A stretch of 64,000 nucleotides of DNA. Origin: Rhodospirillaceae bacterium. GTDB taxonomy: Bacteria > Pseudomonadota > Alphaproteobacteria > MPNO01 > UBA2964. Both the position numbers and the translations under genes were made by a program. Numbering within the stretch: the first letter of the stretch is position 1; each line of letters begins with the position of its first letter. The stretch lies in contig JAYQSL010000001.1 in assembly GCA_038146865.1 (NCBI GenBank), positions 82,157 to 146,156 of the forward strand, written 5' to 3'. The notes under the pieces are model-generated. The model was not told the DNA's origin and ran no database searches. It saw only the letters and a list, made by a program, of their open reading frames with translations. Below, one piece after another: positions 51,838 to 62,674 of the stretch.

Positions 51838-52894
51838 GTGAAAAAAAGAAGATTGCTATTATTCTTGTTCAATTTAGGTGGTCCTGACAGTTTAGCGGCA
51901 GTGAAACCTTTTTTGTTCAATCTTTTTAATGATCCCTACATAATCCGAGCACCTAAATACGTAAGATTATTAATAGCAAAATATATATCTTGGCGGAGAG
52001 AAGCGACAGCCCAAGACATATATCGACAGATTGGCGGAAAGTCGCCAATTCTCGAGCAAACTCGAGACCAAGCTTACGAATTAGAAAGATTTCTAAATGA
52101 CCAGAATAAAAACAACTATAAGGTTTTTGTCGCAATGCGATACTGGCACCCCTTTATCGAGGAGGTGTTAGAAGAGGTTGGTAGTTTTAGTGCCGATGAA
52201 ACTCTCTTGCTGCCCTTATATCCCCAATTTTCAACGACTACTACGGGTTCTTTTTATGCTGCTTGGAAAAAAGCTTTTCATGGCGCCATCAAGTCAGGTT
52301 AAAGCAATTTGCTGTTATCCTACTAATCCCGGGTTTATAGAGGCGTTAGCCAAAAAGCTTTTGGCAACCTATCAGGAGATAGGAAGAGAAACACGAATTT
52401 TATTTTCTGCACATGGGCTACCTAAGAAAATCGTCGACGCAGGTGATCCCTATAAATTGCAGGTAGAATTAACAGTCAAAGAAATTTTGCAGAGAGCAGA
52501 ACTGGAAGATGCGGATTATGTAATTTGCTATCAAAGTCGAGTCGGACCGGTTGAATGGTTGAAGCCTTATACGGATGAGGAGATAAAAAGAGCAGGGTTA
52601 GATAAAAAGTCGGTAATAATAGTGCCAGTCGCTTTTGTTTCAGAACACTCAGAGACACTCGTTGAATTGGATATTGAATATAAACACTTAGCACAAACCG
52701 TCGGCATTGAGACCTATAAACGCATAGAAACCGTCCAAACAGATGGTCATTTTATAAGTGGATTAGCTGATATGGTTGTTCGTAGTGTTGAAGGTGAGGA
52801 AAACCTTATTACTGATTGTAAACAATTACCATGTGATAACTCTCGGATAGATTGTCCGCTCAGAGGTGGCTGCCAGTTGTTCGAGAAAAGTTGA
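51838..52894 (+). pseudogene. hemH: Ferrochelatase HemH split by a frameshift in an A6 homopolymer (52267..52272). Either an authentic pseudogene or a sequencing error.
   Basis: ORF 51838..52302 gives the N-terminal 154 aa (...[22 protein letters not shown]). ORF 52178..52894 gives the C-terminal part (...[18 protein letters not shown]...). Deleting one A from the A6 run yields a continuous ...[21 protein letters not shown]... Confidence 0.8.
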
Positions 52895-53343
52895 TGAGTT
52901 TTTTATCAGAACACTATCTCCTAATTAAGGGTCTTCACGTAATATCAATCATTGCTTGGATGGCCGGGCTTTTATATCTGCCCAGACTTTTTGTTTATCA
53001 TGCGTCTGCTGAGATTGGTTCAGATCTATCAGAGACTCTGAAAAAAATGGAATATCGTTTACTGACATATATAATGAACCCTGCAATGGGCGCTAGTTTA
53101 TTGTTTGGAGTATTATTATTTATTACACCGGGGATCATTGATTGGTCGGCTTGGTGGGTAAAGGGTAAAATTCTAGCTCTTGTGCTTTTGGTGGTGGTTC
53201 ACGTCAATTTTTCGAGGTGGCAAAAGATCTTTTATAAAGATCTTAATCAAAGGTCGGAGAAATTTTTCCGAATTTATAATGAGGTACCGACTTTGTTGAT
53301 GATCGGTATTGTCTTCTTAGTAGTAATCAAACCAGGTCAATAA
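52894..53343 (+). CDS. hemJ: Protoporphyrinogen IX oxidase HemJ (UPF0093 family). Start ATG at 52894 overlaps the hemH stop (TGATG).
   Basis: IKGLHVISIIAWMAGLLYLPRLFVYH is the HemJ signature. About 149 aa, 4 TM helices. Confidence 0.7.
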   Translation: MSFLSEHYLLIKGLHVISIIAWMAGLLYLPRLFVYHASAEIGSDLSETLKKMEYRLLTYIMNPAMGASLLFGVLLFITPGIIDWSAWWVKGKILALVLLVVVHVNFSRWQKIFYKDLNQRSEKFFRIYNEVPTLLMIGIVFLVVIKPGQ

Positions 53344-53524
53344 GATCTTAATAAAAGTTATTGACAGTCATTGATGTAGCGAGTAAACGCTTAATAAGTT
53401 TACGTACCTGCTCTTTTAAGAGTCCCTCCTAAAAAAACATCCTTAAAATCTATACATCTTCCTAAAATGTCCTCCTGTTTGTATATAAAAATTCAGAAAA
53501 ATTTTTCTATCTAGAGATTTAGAA

Positions 53525-54781
53525 ATGCATCTACAAGAACTAAAACAAAAATCACCCGGTGACCTATTAGCGTATGCAGAAGAACTAGAAATTGAAAATG
53601 CGTCTAGTCTTCGCAAACAAGAAATGATGTTTGCAATTCTCAAACACTTAGCTGACAACGAAGTTGCTATATATGGGGATGGGGTTCTGGAAGTACTCCA
53701 GGATGGGTTTGGATTTCTTAGAGCTCCTGAAGCTAATTATTTGCCCGGGCCGGACGATATTTATGTATCCCCCAGCCAAATTAGGCACTTTGGATTGAGG
53801 ACGGGTGACACTGTAGAAGGCCAAATAAGGTCACCCAAAAACGGGGAACGATATTTTGCCTTGCTTAAGGTCAATCAGATAAATTTTGAGGACCCCGAAA
53901 AAGTGAGGCACCGAATTAATTTTGACAACCTCACGCCATTATATCCAGAGTCAAAGTTTATACTTGATGCTGATAATCCAAAAGTGAAAGATTTAACGCC
54001 CCGAGTCGTGGATATTGTATCACCCATAGGAAAGGGTCAAAGGTCCCTTATTGTTGCCCCCCCACGCACCGGAAAAACCATGATGCTGCAAACCATAGCG
54101 CATTCAATAACTGAGAATAATCCGGAAGTTTACCTGCTGGTCCTCCTCATTGATGAAAGGCCAGAAGAAGTAACCGATATGCAACGCTCGGTTAATGGAG
54201 AGGTCGTTAGTTCGACTTTTGATGAACCGGCAACTCGTCATGTGCAGGTTGCAGAGATGGTAATTGAGAAAGCGAAACGTTTAGTGGAGCACGGCCGAGA
54301 TGTAGTCATTCTCCTGGACTCGATCACAAGATTGGCGCGTGCCTATAACACAGTCGTGCCGAGCTCTGGTAAGGTGCTGACAGGAGGGGTGGACTCAAAC
54401 GCATTGCAGCGACCGAAACGTTTTTTTGGAGCAGCACGCAATATTGAGGAAGGTGGGTCAATGACGATAGTCGCAACAGCCTTAATAGATACAGGTTCAC
54501 GAATGGATGAGGTTATCTTTGAGGAATTTAAAGGAACTGGTAATTCCGAAATTGTCCTGGACCGTAAGCTTGCTGACAAGCGAACCTTCCCCGCAATGGA
54601 TATTACAAAATCTGGAACTCGGAAGGAAGAACTCCTTGTAGACAAAGGCACCCTGGCAAAAATGTGGGTTTTGCGTCGAATTTTATCTCCGATGGGGACT
54701 GGGGACGCCATGGAATTTCTAATTGAAAAACTGAAAACGACAAAAAATAATGCAGACTTTTTCGAGTCTATGAATCAATAA
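53525..54781 (+). CDS. rho: Transcription termination factor Rho.
   Basis: 418 aa. N-terminal OB/RNA-binding domain, Walker A (PPRTGKT), Q- and R-loops. Long 5' leader (53344..53524). Confidence 0.95.
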   Translation: MHLQELKQKSPGDLLAYAEELEIENASSLRKQEMMFAILKHLADNEVAIYGDGVLEVLQDGFGFLRAPEANYLPGPDDIYVSPSQIRHFGLRTGDTVEGQIRSPKNGERYFALLKVNQINFEDPEKVRHRINFDNLTPLYPESKFILDADNPKVKDLTPRVVDIVSPIGKGQRSLIVAPPRTGKTMMLQTIAHSITENNPEVYLLVLLIDERPEEVTDMQRSVNGEVVSSTFDEPATRHVQVAEMVIEKAKRLVEHGRDVVILLDSITRLARAYNTVVPSSGKVLTGGVDSNALQRPKRFFGAARNIEEGGSMTIVATALIDTGSRMDEVIFEEFKGTGNSEIVLDRKLADKRTFPAMDITKSGTRKEELLVDKGTLAKMWVLRRILSPMGTGDAMEFLIEKLKTTKNNADFFESMNQ

Positions 54782-54794
54782 AGAAAGAACGGCG

Positions 54795-55769
54795 TCACGG
54801 TATCAGCAAAGTGGATCCGGTTGTTTTTCTTGCTTCTAAATCAGCATGGGCTCTGCTAGCGTCTTTAAGATCGTAGGTTTGTTTGATAGATATTTTTATC
54901 GCCCCTTTTCTAACCATTGAAAATAACTCTCTCGCAAGCTTTATGTAATCATCAGGTGTGCTGATGTAATGATTAAGCAAAGGACGGGTCATAAATAGCG
55001 ATCCCTTTTGCATCAGCATTAGTGGTGCAAAAGCGGGCACAGGCCCAGAAGCATTACCGTAGGTAACCCATAAGCCCCGGGGTTTCAGACAATCCAATGA
55101 ACCGGGAAAGGTAGCATCCCCGACGGAGTCATATACAACTGGGAGCTTTCTTTTTTTGGTTAGCCGATTAACGGCTTCAACAAAGTCTTGCTTTTTATAA
55201 TTTATAACATGATCAGCACCATGTGATTTAACGAGCTTTGCTTTAGCTGCGGTACCTACGGTACCAATAACAGTGGCCCCAAGGGCTTTTGCCCATTGGG
55301 TTAAGATGAGCCCGACCCCTCCAGCTGCAGCGTGGATTAGGACGGTTTCGCCCTCTTTTATTTTATAAACACGTCTCGCAAGCATTGCCGCAGTAAGGCC
55401 CTTCAGCATCATACTCGCCGCTGTTTGATCCGTGATATCTTTAGGGAGTTTGAGGATTCGATCAGCAGGAAAAGTCCTGGCTTCTGCATATGCGCCCATC
55501 GGTTCTGAGACACAAGCAACCCTATCTCCGAGTTTGTAACCGGACACCCCCCGACCTAATTTACTAATAAATCCAACGCTCTCTACCCCGGGAATAAAGG
55601 GTGTCTGGAGTGGGTATAGACCTTTCCGGTGGTATGTATCGATAAAATTTAAACCAACCGCTGTTGTTTCTACGGTCACCTCTCCAGTTTTGGGTTCTGG
55701 TGTCTCTATGGGTTGCCAGCGGAGCGCAGAGGGGCCTCCTGGTTTTTTTACAACTATCGCGTGGGTCAT
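54795..55769 (-). CDS. qor: NADPH:quinone oxidoreductase (zeta-crystallin-like MDR family).
   Basis: 324 aa. GAAGGVG Rossmann motif. Confidence 0.8.
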   Translation of the reverse strand: MTHAIVVKKPGGPSALRWQPIETPEPKTGEVTVETTAVGLNFIDTYHRKGLYPLQTPFIPGVESVGFISKLGRGVSGYKLGDRVACVSEPMGAYAEARTFPADRILKLPKDITDQTAASMMLKGLTAAMLARRVYKIKEGETVLIHAAAGGVGLILTQWAKALGATVIGTVGTAAKAKLVKSHGADHVINYKKQDFVEAVNRLTKKRKLPVVYDSVGDATFPGSLDCLKPRGLWVTYGNASGPVPAFAPLMLMQKGSLFMTRPLLNHYISTPDDYIKLARELFSMVRKGAIKISIKQTYDLKDASRAHADLEARKTTGSTLLIP

Positions 55770-55780
55770 GTGTTATTCTC

Positions 55781-56479
55781 TTAAGCCAGGTTAACCTTGA
55801 AAAAATTAGCAGTCCGCTGATCAGCTAACGTAGCAGCATTCTCGTCGAAATTACTGCCACCTTTTCGAGCGAAGGCGTGATCCGCTTTTGGATATTTGTG
55901 AAGAATTATATTAGGATTCCTGCCAAAGGCCTCTGCGATTTTTTCTTGTGACTCCGGTGGACAAAACCCGTCTAACTCAGCCAAATGAAATAATGTCGGG
56001 TTTTTTACATTTGGAGCATAAGATAAGGCGTCGTCAATTTGAACGGGGTAATATCCTACGGTAGCATCCGAGCCTGATTGGCAGGCGAGGGCATAAGATA
56101 AACTTCCCCCTAAACAATAACCAACACAACCGACTTTTCCGCTGCAATTTTCCATGTCGCGGATTTTGGTGATAGCCGCCAATAGATCTCCAACCCCCTT
56201 CTCAAAATCAGGCATAAAGGCATTCATTAATTCGAACGCCCTGTTCCAATCTCCTTGGGATTGATCTGTCAATTCGACGTTTGGCTGGATTCTCCAGAAT
56301 AAATCCGGACATATAGCAATATATCCTTGCGCGGCGAATGTATCGCAGAGGTCTCTCATAACTTGGTTGACCCCAAAAATTTCTTGAATCACCAACAACC
56401 CGGGACCGGTTCTGGAAGCGGGAGCGCTCATGTAAGCATCAAAAATTCCATCTGGTCCGGAAATTTTTATATTTGGCAT
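55781..56479 (-). CDS. Dienelactone hydrolase family protein.
   Basis: 232 aa alpha/beta hydrolase. Nucleophile motif GYCLGG and a catalytic His near the C-terminus. Confidence 0.75.
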   Translation of the reverse strand: MPNIKISGPDGIFDAYMSAPASRTGPGLLVIQEIFGVNQVMRDLCDTFAAQGYIAICPDLFWRIQPNVELTDQSQGDWNRAFELMNAFMPDFEKGVGDLLAAITKIRDMENCSGKVGCVGYCLGGSLSYALACQSGSDATVGYYPVQIDDALSYAPNVKNPTLFHLAELDGFCPPESQEKIAEAFGRNPNIILHKYPKADHAFARKGGSNFDENAATLADQRTANFFKVNLA

Positions 56480-56525
56480 ATTATTTGTCTTACATCTTGT
56501 GTTTTAAATTTATCCCGACTTCAGT

Positions 56526-57002
56526 TTATTTAGTTAGAACTAATTTGTCATGCAGACATGCTTTTGTTTCCAGCGATAACAAGAGTCTTTTTGTTTCCAC
56601 GCCTCTTCCACCAGAATAACCGGTCAGATTTCCGGATTTGGCTATAATTCGGTGGCAAGGGATAATAACGGGAATGGGATTTTTTCCGCATGCAGTTCCA
56701 ACGGCTCGGGGGGATGAGGATAACTTGAGGGCAAGCTCGCCATATGAGGCAGTTTGGCCGAACGCTATCCGATCTATTTCGCGCCAAACGCTCAATTGAA
56801 AGTCAGAGCCACACGGTTTTTTGGGTAGCTCGAAGTTTTTTCTTGTACCTTTTAGGTATTCTTCGACTTGCTTTTTAGCGCTAATAAGAAGAGACGATAC
56901 ATCTCTATTTTCCCATTGCCCCCAACATAAACTTGTTATTGCCCCGCATTGCTCGTGAATGGTGAGGGGGCCAATAGGGGATTTGAAGCTTATCGAGGAC
57001 AT
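56526..57002 (-). CDS. ogt: Methylated-DNA--protein-cysteine methyltransferase Ogt.
   Basis: 158 aa. Active-site IPCHRII. Confidence 0.8.
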   Translation of the reverse strand: MSSISFKSPIGPLTIHEQCGAITSLCWGQWENRDVSSLLISAKKQVEEYLKGTRKNFELPKKPCGSDFQLSVWREIDRIAFGQTASYGELALKLSSSPRAVGTACGKNPIPVIIPCHRIIAKSGNLTGYSGGRGVETKRLLLSLETKACLHDKLVLTK

Positions 57003-57073
57003 CTCTATATCATAAGGGCGGAGGAGTCCTTAGGAAATAGCTCAAAAAATGAAGCATTGGAGGAGGTTCGGGT

Positions 57074-58396
57074 TTGGCGTTAGATACTATATTTGCACTT
57101 TCTAGTGGGGCGGGGGTTTCAGGGGTTGCAATTATTCGCCTTTCCGGCGAACAGGCCTTTAAGACGGTTGCTGATCTCACACAATCCAGTTTGTCGTCGC
57201 CCCGAAGTGCTGTCTTGAGAAAATTTTTCGCAAAATCCGGAAAGATTCTAGATGAGGGGCTGGTTATTAGGTTTCCTTCGCCCGCTTCTTTTACAGGGGA
57301 AGATGTAGCGGAGCTTCATGTTCATGGTGGGATTGCCACTGTGGATGCCATGTTGAACGCTCTGGCAGCTTTTGATGGGTTAAGATTAGCTGAGCCTGGG
57401 GAGTTCACCCGACGAGCCTTTGAAAATGGCAAGCTTGATTTAACATCTGTAGAGGCTTTATCTGATTTGATTGCTGCCGAAACGGAAGCTCAAAGGTTAC
57501 AGGCGCTTCGCCAACTAGGTGGGGACTTTGGAAAACAATGCGATTTATGGCGCGATGAGTTAATCGGTGTTTTAGCAAACTTAGAGGCTTGGATAGATTT
57601 TCCCGAAGAAGATTTACCTGGCGATCTGTTAAAAGAAACAAAACACAAGATCTTGTGTTTTTTAAATCTTATTAGTCAATATATTGATCAAAATAAAGTT
57701 GGGGAGAGAATTCGGTCGGGTTTTTCAATAGCAATTATAGGTCCGCCAAATGCGGGTAAATCAAGTCTTTTAAACTTTTTTGCCGGCAGGGACGCGGCTA
57801 TCGTCTCGAATGAGGCGGGAACCACACGAGATGTTGTTGAAGTTAAGTGTTCTATAGGGGGGTTGCCAGTCACGTTTTCAGATACTGCGGGGTTACGGCA
57901 AAGCATGGATCAGGTCGAAGAAGAGGGCGTTAAAAGGGCGTTAGCTGTCTCAGCCGAGGCAGATCTTCAGATTCTGGTAAGAGCACCAGATTGCTCTGAG
58001 TTGGATGATCCCAAATTTCGGGGGGTGGCTGGTGATGGAAGGCCTCCTTGTTTAAAGCTTTGGAATAAATCGGATTTAGGGGTGTCTCCGGTTTCTCAAC
58101 ACCTGAGCATATCATTAAAAACCGGTATGAATTGTGATAAATTGGTTGAAGAATTAGAGGACCATTTACAGAGGATGTTGCCTCGAGAAGGTTCTGCCCC
58201 TCTGACGAGGCGGCGGCACCGGGAGGCCTTGGAAAATTGTTTGGCGCATCTAGAGAGGGCGGGAGAAGGTTCGGAAATAGAATTGATTGCTGAAGATATC
58301 AGAATGTCTGCTCGGGCCTTGGGCAAGATCACAGGGCGTGTTGATGTGGAGGATATTTTAGATCGATTATTTAATGAATTTTGTATTGGGAAATAG
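57074..58396 (+). CDS. mnmE: tRNA modification GTPase MnmE (TTG start, AGGAGG Shine-Dalgarno at 57061..57066).
   Basis: 440 aa. G-domain GPPNAGKSSL, DTAGLR, C-terminal CIGK. Confidence 0.9.
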   Translation: MALDTIFALSSGAGVSGVAIIRLSGEQAFKTVADLTQSSLSSPRSAVLRKFFAKSGKILDEGLVIRFPSPASFTGEDVAELHVHGGIATVDAMLNALAAFDGLRLAEPGEFTRRAFENGKLDLTSVEALSDLIAAETEAQRLQALRQLGGDFGKQCDLWRDELIGVLANLEAWIDFPEEDLPGDLLKETKHKILCFLNLISQYIDQNKVGERIRSGFSIAIIGPPNAGKSSLLNFFAGRDAAIVSNEAGTTRDVVEVKCSIGGLPVTFSDTAGLRQSMDQVEEEGVKRALAVSAEADLQILVRAPDCSELDDPKFRGVAGDGRPPCLKLWNKSDLGVSPVSQHLSISLKTGMNCDKLVEELEDHLQRMLPREGSAPLTRRRHREALENCLAHLERAGEGSEIELIAEDIRMSARALGKITGRVDVEDILDRLFNEFCIGK

Positions 58397-58398
58397 GT

Positions 58399-58414
58399 GG
58401 TTTCACGTGAAACA
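58399..58414. promoter_or_regulatory. parS: parS centromere-like site GGTTTCACGTGAAACA (15/16 to the TGTTTCACGTGAAACA consensus).
   Basis: Read directly from the sequence. Sits in the mnmE/mnmG intergenic region. Confidence 0.7.
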
Positions 58415-58474
58415 CTCTAATTTCGATCAGATAAGTTGTTTTGCCATTTTATGGAATGGTGTAGAAGACTGTTC

Positions 58475-60334
58475 ATGATTGATTTCGACGTTATTGTAAT
58501 TGGAGGAGGGCACGCTGGCTGTGAGGCGGCGTCGGCCGCGGCGCGGGTCGGCGCCAAGACACTTTTGCTCACTCATAAAGTTGAAACTATTGGAGAGATG
58601 TCTTGTAATCCCGCCATCGGTGGCCTTGCCAAAGGCCATATGGTGCGAGAGATCGATGCTCTTGATGGAGTCATGGGTCGGGTTATTGATCGTTCCGGAA
58701 TCCAATTTCGAGTATTGAATGCTAGCAAAGGGGCGGCTGTTCGGGGGCCTCGGGCGCAGGCCGACCGAAAACTATATCGCGAGGCCATGCAAGATGCCCT
58801 TCGCCACCAGGAAAACCTTGAAATAAGGGAAGCGGCGGTGGGCGACCTTTTGGTCGAGAATAATCGTGTAAATGGAGTTATCACAGAATGTGGGGAGGAG
58901 TTTACTGCTGGAGCGGTGATCTTAACCACAGGGACATTTTTGAGGGGGCTCATACATATCGGGGAGGAGAAAAGGCCGGCCGGCCGGTTTGGGGAGGCTC
59001 CGAGTAGCGGATTATCTCAGACTTTGGCGAGATTTAAATTTTCCCTGGGTAGATTGAAGACAGGTACACCACCAAGGCTTGATGGCAGGACGATAAACTG
59101 GTCGGTCTTAACCGAGCAAAAGGGGGATGATCCCCCTATGCCGTTCTCTTTTCTAAATAAGGAAATAACTGTTCCCCAAATTTCTTGTTTTATCACCGGG
59201 ACCACTTCGGCGAGCCATGAGCTTATCAGAGAGAACTTAGATCGGGCCCCAATTTATAGCGGCCAAATAGAATCAACGGGCCCAAGATATTGTCCTTCGA
59301 TAGAAGACAAGGTTGTCCGGTTTGCGGATAAGCTAAGACATCAGATTTTTTTAGAGCCAGAGGGGCTAGACGATAACACGGTTTATCCGAATGGGATCTC
59401 AACAAGCTTGCCTCAAGAGGTGCAGCTTGAATTGTTAAAAACTATCCCGGGGCTTGAACGCGCAAAGATGCTCCGCCCAGGTTATGCCATAGAGTATGAC
59501 TATGTTGATCCCAGGGAGCTTCATGAGAGCCTGGAGACAAAAAAATTGTCTCGGCTTTTTCTGGCTGGACAGATTAATGGCACCACTGGTTACGAAGAGG
59601 CGGCAGGACAAGGTGTGGTGGCTGGAATTAATGCCGCTCTTAGGTGTGTTGGAAAGGATCGGTTTATTCTCGACCGCGCAGACAGCTATATCGGTGTTAT
59701 GATAGACGATTTAGTTTCTAAGGGAGTTTCAGAACCCTACAGAATGTTTACCTCGCGGGCGGAGTATCGGTTGGTTCTGCGCGCGGATAATGCGGATCAA
59801 AGGCTTACGCCTCTTGGTCAGAGCGTGGGTTGTGTGTCTGGGGAGCGTCGGGTCGCATTCGAATCTAAACTGAAAGAGCTAGAACAGGCGCGCTCTTTAC
59901 TTGGTGCCCTAACTGTAAGTCCATCAGTGCTTAAAAAAAGGGGGATATCAGTGGCACAAGACGGAGTTACCAGAAGTGCGAAGAGACTATTATCTTACCC
60001 CGAAATCACCTTTAAGAGATTGGAAAAATTATGGCCAGAATTGTCCGCCTTTAGCTTGGAGGTTCAAGAACAGATGGAAATTGAAGGGCGCTATGACGCT
60101 TATCTTGATCGTCAAGCGGCCGATATTGAGGCTTTTCGGAAGGACGAGGCCCTTAAAATTCCAGCAGATACTGACTTTTTTCAAATTGGGGGTCTATCAA
60201 ACGAGGTAAGAGAAAAATTGTCCAAGAGAAGGCCGCCCACTTTAGGGGCAGCATCCCGGATGTCAGGAGTAACGCCAGCGGCGCTAACCGCTTTACTTAG
60301 GCATGTCCGCAGACCAGCAGGATTTTCTGGGTGA
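58475..60334 (+). CDS. mnmG: tRNA uridine 5-carboxymethylaminomethyl modification enzyme MnmG (GidA). Start re-called to the internal ATG at 58475.
   Basis: [22 protein letters not shown]-binding N-terminus. 619 aa from 58475. Confidence 0.9.
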   Translation: MIDFDVIVIGGGHAGCEAASAAARVGAKTLLLTHKVETIGEMSCNPAIGGLAKGHMVREIDALDGVMGRVIDRSGIQFRVLNASKGAAVRGPRAQADRKLYREAMQDALRHQENLEIREAAVGDLLVENNRVNGVITECGEEFTAGAVILTTGTFLRGLIHIGEEKRPAGRFGEAPSSGLSQTLARFKFSLGRLKTGTPPRLDGRTINWSVLTEQKGDDPPMPFSFLNKEITVPQISCFITGTTSASHELIRENLDRAPIYSGQIESTGPRYCPSIEDKVVRFADKLRHQIFLEPEGLDDNTVYPNGISTSLPQEVQLELLKTIPGLERAKMLRPGYAIEYDYVDPRELHESLETKKLSRLFLAGQINGTTGYEEAAGQGVVAGINAALRCVGKDRFILDRADSYIGVMIDDLVSKGVSEPYRMFTSRAEYRLVLRADNADQRLTPLGQSVGCVSGERRVAFESKLKELEQARSLLGALTVSPSVLKKRGISVAQDGVTRSAKRLLSYPEITFKRLEKLWPELSAFSLEVQEQMEIEGRYDAYLDRQAADIEAFRKDEALKIPADTDFFQIGGLSNEVREKLSKRRPPTLGAASRMSGVTPAALTALLRHVRRPAGFSG

Positions 60335-60978
60335 TATCTGGATATCAGGAGCCCCTGACCCGACCAGAATTTCAAAGGATATTGGGTGTTTCACGTGAAA
60401 CATTAGAGAAACTAGATTTTTTGGTGGCTTTTTTAAAAGAGCGACAGAGAACCGTGAATTTGGTTGGCCGGTCTACTCTTCCTGATGTTTGGCGGCGGCA
60501 CATTCTGGATTCTGCTCAGGTTCTTGATTTGGTGCCGGGCGATTGTTCCACGGTCACCGACCTTGGGAGTGGCGCAGGGTTTCCCGGCCTTGTTCTTGCA
60601 ATAATGGGTGATTTTAAGGTCCATTTAGTGGAGTCCATTGGTAAAAAGGCCCAGTTTTTACGGGAGGTTTCTGCTGAATTGGATTTGGACACGCATATCC
60701 ACCAGGAGAGAATTGAAGAATTAGAACCTTGGGTAACCCAAATAGTTACGGCGAGAGCCCTTGCGCCGCTTGATTCGCTGTTGAAATATGCATCAAGGTT
60801 TTCCGCTCAGCCGGGCGGTAGACCTCCGATTTGTCTATTCTTGAAAGGCAAGCAACATAGAAAAGAATTAGAGCATGCGGCGTCATATTGGGATTTGGAT
60901 TATAACATTCAGAGAAGTCTGACTGACCCTGAGGGGGTAATATTGTTGGTAAAGAAGTTTTTCAAACATGGAAAATAA
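60331..60978 (+). CDS. rsmG: 16S rRNA m7G527 methyltransferase RsmG (GidB).
   Basis: 215 aa. SAM-binding [10 protein letters not shown]. Confidence 0.85.
   Translation: MISGYQEPLTRPEFQRILGVSRETLEKLDFLVAFLKERQRTVNLVGRSTLPDVWRRHILDSAQVLDLVPGDCSTVTDLGSGAGFPGLVLAIMGDFKVHLVESIGKKAQFLREVSAELDLDTHIHQERIEELEPWVTQIVTARALAPLDSLLKYASRFSAQPGGRPPICLFLKGKQHRKELEHAASYWDLDYNIQRSLTDPEGVILLVKKFFKHGK
60387..60402. promoter_or_regulatory. parS: parS site TGTTTCACGTGAAACA (perfect 16-bp palindrome), inside the 5' end of rsmG.
   Basis: Exact match to the near-universal parS consensus. Confidence 0.8.
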
Positions 60979-61795
60979 TATTGGCGGTCTCCAACACGGG
61001 CAAGTTGGCGTTAAGCGACCAAGGATTTTGGCCATAGCCAACCAAAAGGGTGGTGTTGGAAAAACCACCACAGCTGTCAATCTTTCCACTGCTTTAGCGG
61101 CGGTTGGGAGAAATGTATTGATGGTTGATTTAGATCCCCAAGGTAACGGCTCAATCGGTTTTGGAGTTGATAGAGCCCAGGTCCAAATTGGCAGTTACGA
61201 AGTTTTAATTGGAGAGGTGCTGATCGGCTCGGCTATAAAAGATACGGGTATTCCGGGGCTATTTTTGGTCCCCGCATCCGAGGATTTGTCCGGTGCGGAA
61301 ATAGAGTTGGTTGATGCTGTTAGAAGAGAATATCGTTTGAAGGACGCGTTTTCGTCTCTTGGGGAGGATTTGGACTATGTTATCATCGATTGTCCGCCAA
61401 CCCTTGGTCTTATAACACTCAATGCGTTAACTGCAGCAGACGGTATTCTAGTACCACTTCAATGTGAATATTTAGCGCTAGAAGGTCTCAGCCAGCTCGT
61501 TCAGACCATCGAAAGGGTCAAGAATACATTTAATTCTTCTCTTGCTTTGCAGGGCATAGTCCTGACTATGTTTGATTCGCGCAATAATCTTAGTGGTTTG
61601 GTATCGAATGATGTTCGGGAATTTTTTGGTGATACGGTTTACAAAACGGTTATCCCCAGAAATGTAAGGGTTTCAGAGGCTCCATCGCATGGGAAACCCG
61701 TTCTGCTTTATGATTTAAACTGCCCGGGTGCGCAGGCCTATGTGCATCTTGCAGGCGAAGTTTTGCGTCGCGAGGAAGGTCTACAAAATGAGTGA
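60968..61795 (+). CDS. parA: Chromosome partitioning ATPase ParA.
   Basis: 275 aa. Deviant Walker A KGGVGKTT. Confidence 0.85.
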   Translation: MENNIGGLQHGQVGVKRPRILAIANQKGGVGKTTTAVNLSTALAAVGRNVLMVDLDPQGNGSIGFGVDRAQVQIGSYEVLIGEVLIGSAIKDTGIPGLFLVPASEDLSGAEIELVDAVRREYRLKDAFSSLGEDLDYVIIDCPPTLGLITLNALTAADGILVPLQCEYLALEGLSQLVQTIERVKNTFNSSLALQGIVLTMFDSRNNLSGLVSNDVREFFGDTVYKTVIPRNVRVSEAPSHGKPVLLYDLNCPGAQAYVHLAGEVLRREEGLQNE

Positions 61796-62672
61796 AGGGG
61801 ATTTTAAACCAAAAAAATTGGGACGCGGGTTATCCGCTCTGTTAGGAGAAAAACCTCCCCAACAAGTTGGGTCGGAAGAAAGCGTCGGAACTCCAAGTAG
61901 CGTCCCCATCGAGTTCCTAGAACCCGGCGAATTTCAGCCCCGTAGATTGTTTGATGAACAAGAAATTAAATCACTGGCAGCCTCAATAAGCGAGAGGGGT
62001 ATTTTGCAACCCATCTTGGTCCGTCCTAAGGGAGAAAGGTCATACGAAATTATCGCTGGGGAACGCCGTTGGAGGGCGGCTCAAATAGCCAGGCTTCGGG
62101 AAGTCCCTATCCTCGTAAGAGACCTCCCAAATGAGGTTGTTTTGGAGGCTGCTCTTGTAGAAAATATCCAGCGATCAGATCTTGGGCCCTTGGAGGAGGC
62201 AGACGGCTACAAGCGGTTGTTAGATGAATTTGGCTACACGCAGGAAAAATTGGCCAAAGTAATTGGAAAGAGTAGGCCCCATATTGCCAATACCCTGCGT
62301 CTTATTTCGTTACCAGAGCCGGTTAAAATGCTTTTGGATGAAGGTAAACTAACTGCCGGCCATGCACGCTCTTTGATAGGATTACCAAACGCTGTCGAGC
62401 TTGCCCGGGAGATTGCTGAGAAGGGTTTATCGGTGCGTCAAGCCGAGGCTCTGGCTTCGAAAAATAGCCAAAACACCCCTTATGGCGCTGTTTCAAAAGG
62501 GAAGCCAAATTCTAAAGACCCTAACACAGTTGCTCTGGAGCAATCCCTCACCAATCTGCTTGGTTTGAAGGTCTTAATCGAGGATAATGGAGAGCGGGGA
62601 AAGCTGTCTATTTCTTATAATTCACTGGAACAATTGGACTCTGTCCTGCAGCGTCTCAAAAGAGCCCCTTAA
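61788..62672 (+). CDS. parB: Chromosome partitioning protein ParB. Start re-called to the ATG at 61788, which overlaps the parA end.
   Basis: MSEGDFKPKKLGRGLSALLG N-terminus. GERRWRAAQ ParB box and HTH. Confidence 0.85.
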   Translation: MSEGDFKPKKLGRGLSALLGEKPPQQVGSEESVGTPSSVPIEFLEPGEFQPRRLFDEQEIKSLAASISERGILQPILVRPKGERSYEIIAGERRWRAAQIARLREVPILVRDLPNEVVLEAALVENIQRSDLGPLEEADGYKRLLDEFGYTQEKLAKVIGKSRPHIANTLRLISLPEPVKMLLDEGKLTAGHARSLIGLPNAVELAREIAEKGLSVRQAEALASKNSQNTPYGAVSKGKPNSKDPNTVALEQSLTNLLGLKVLIEDNGERGKLSISYNSLEQLDSVLQRLKRAP

Positions 62673-62674
62673 AT

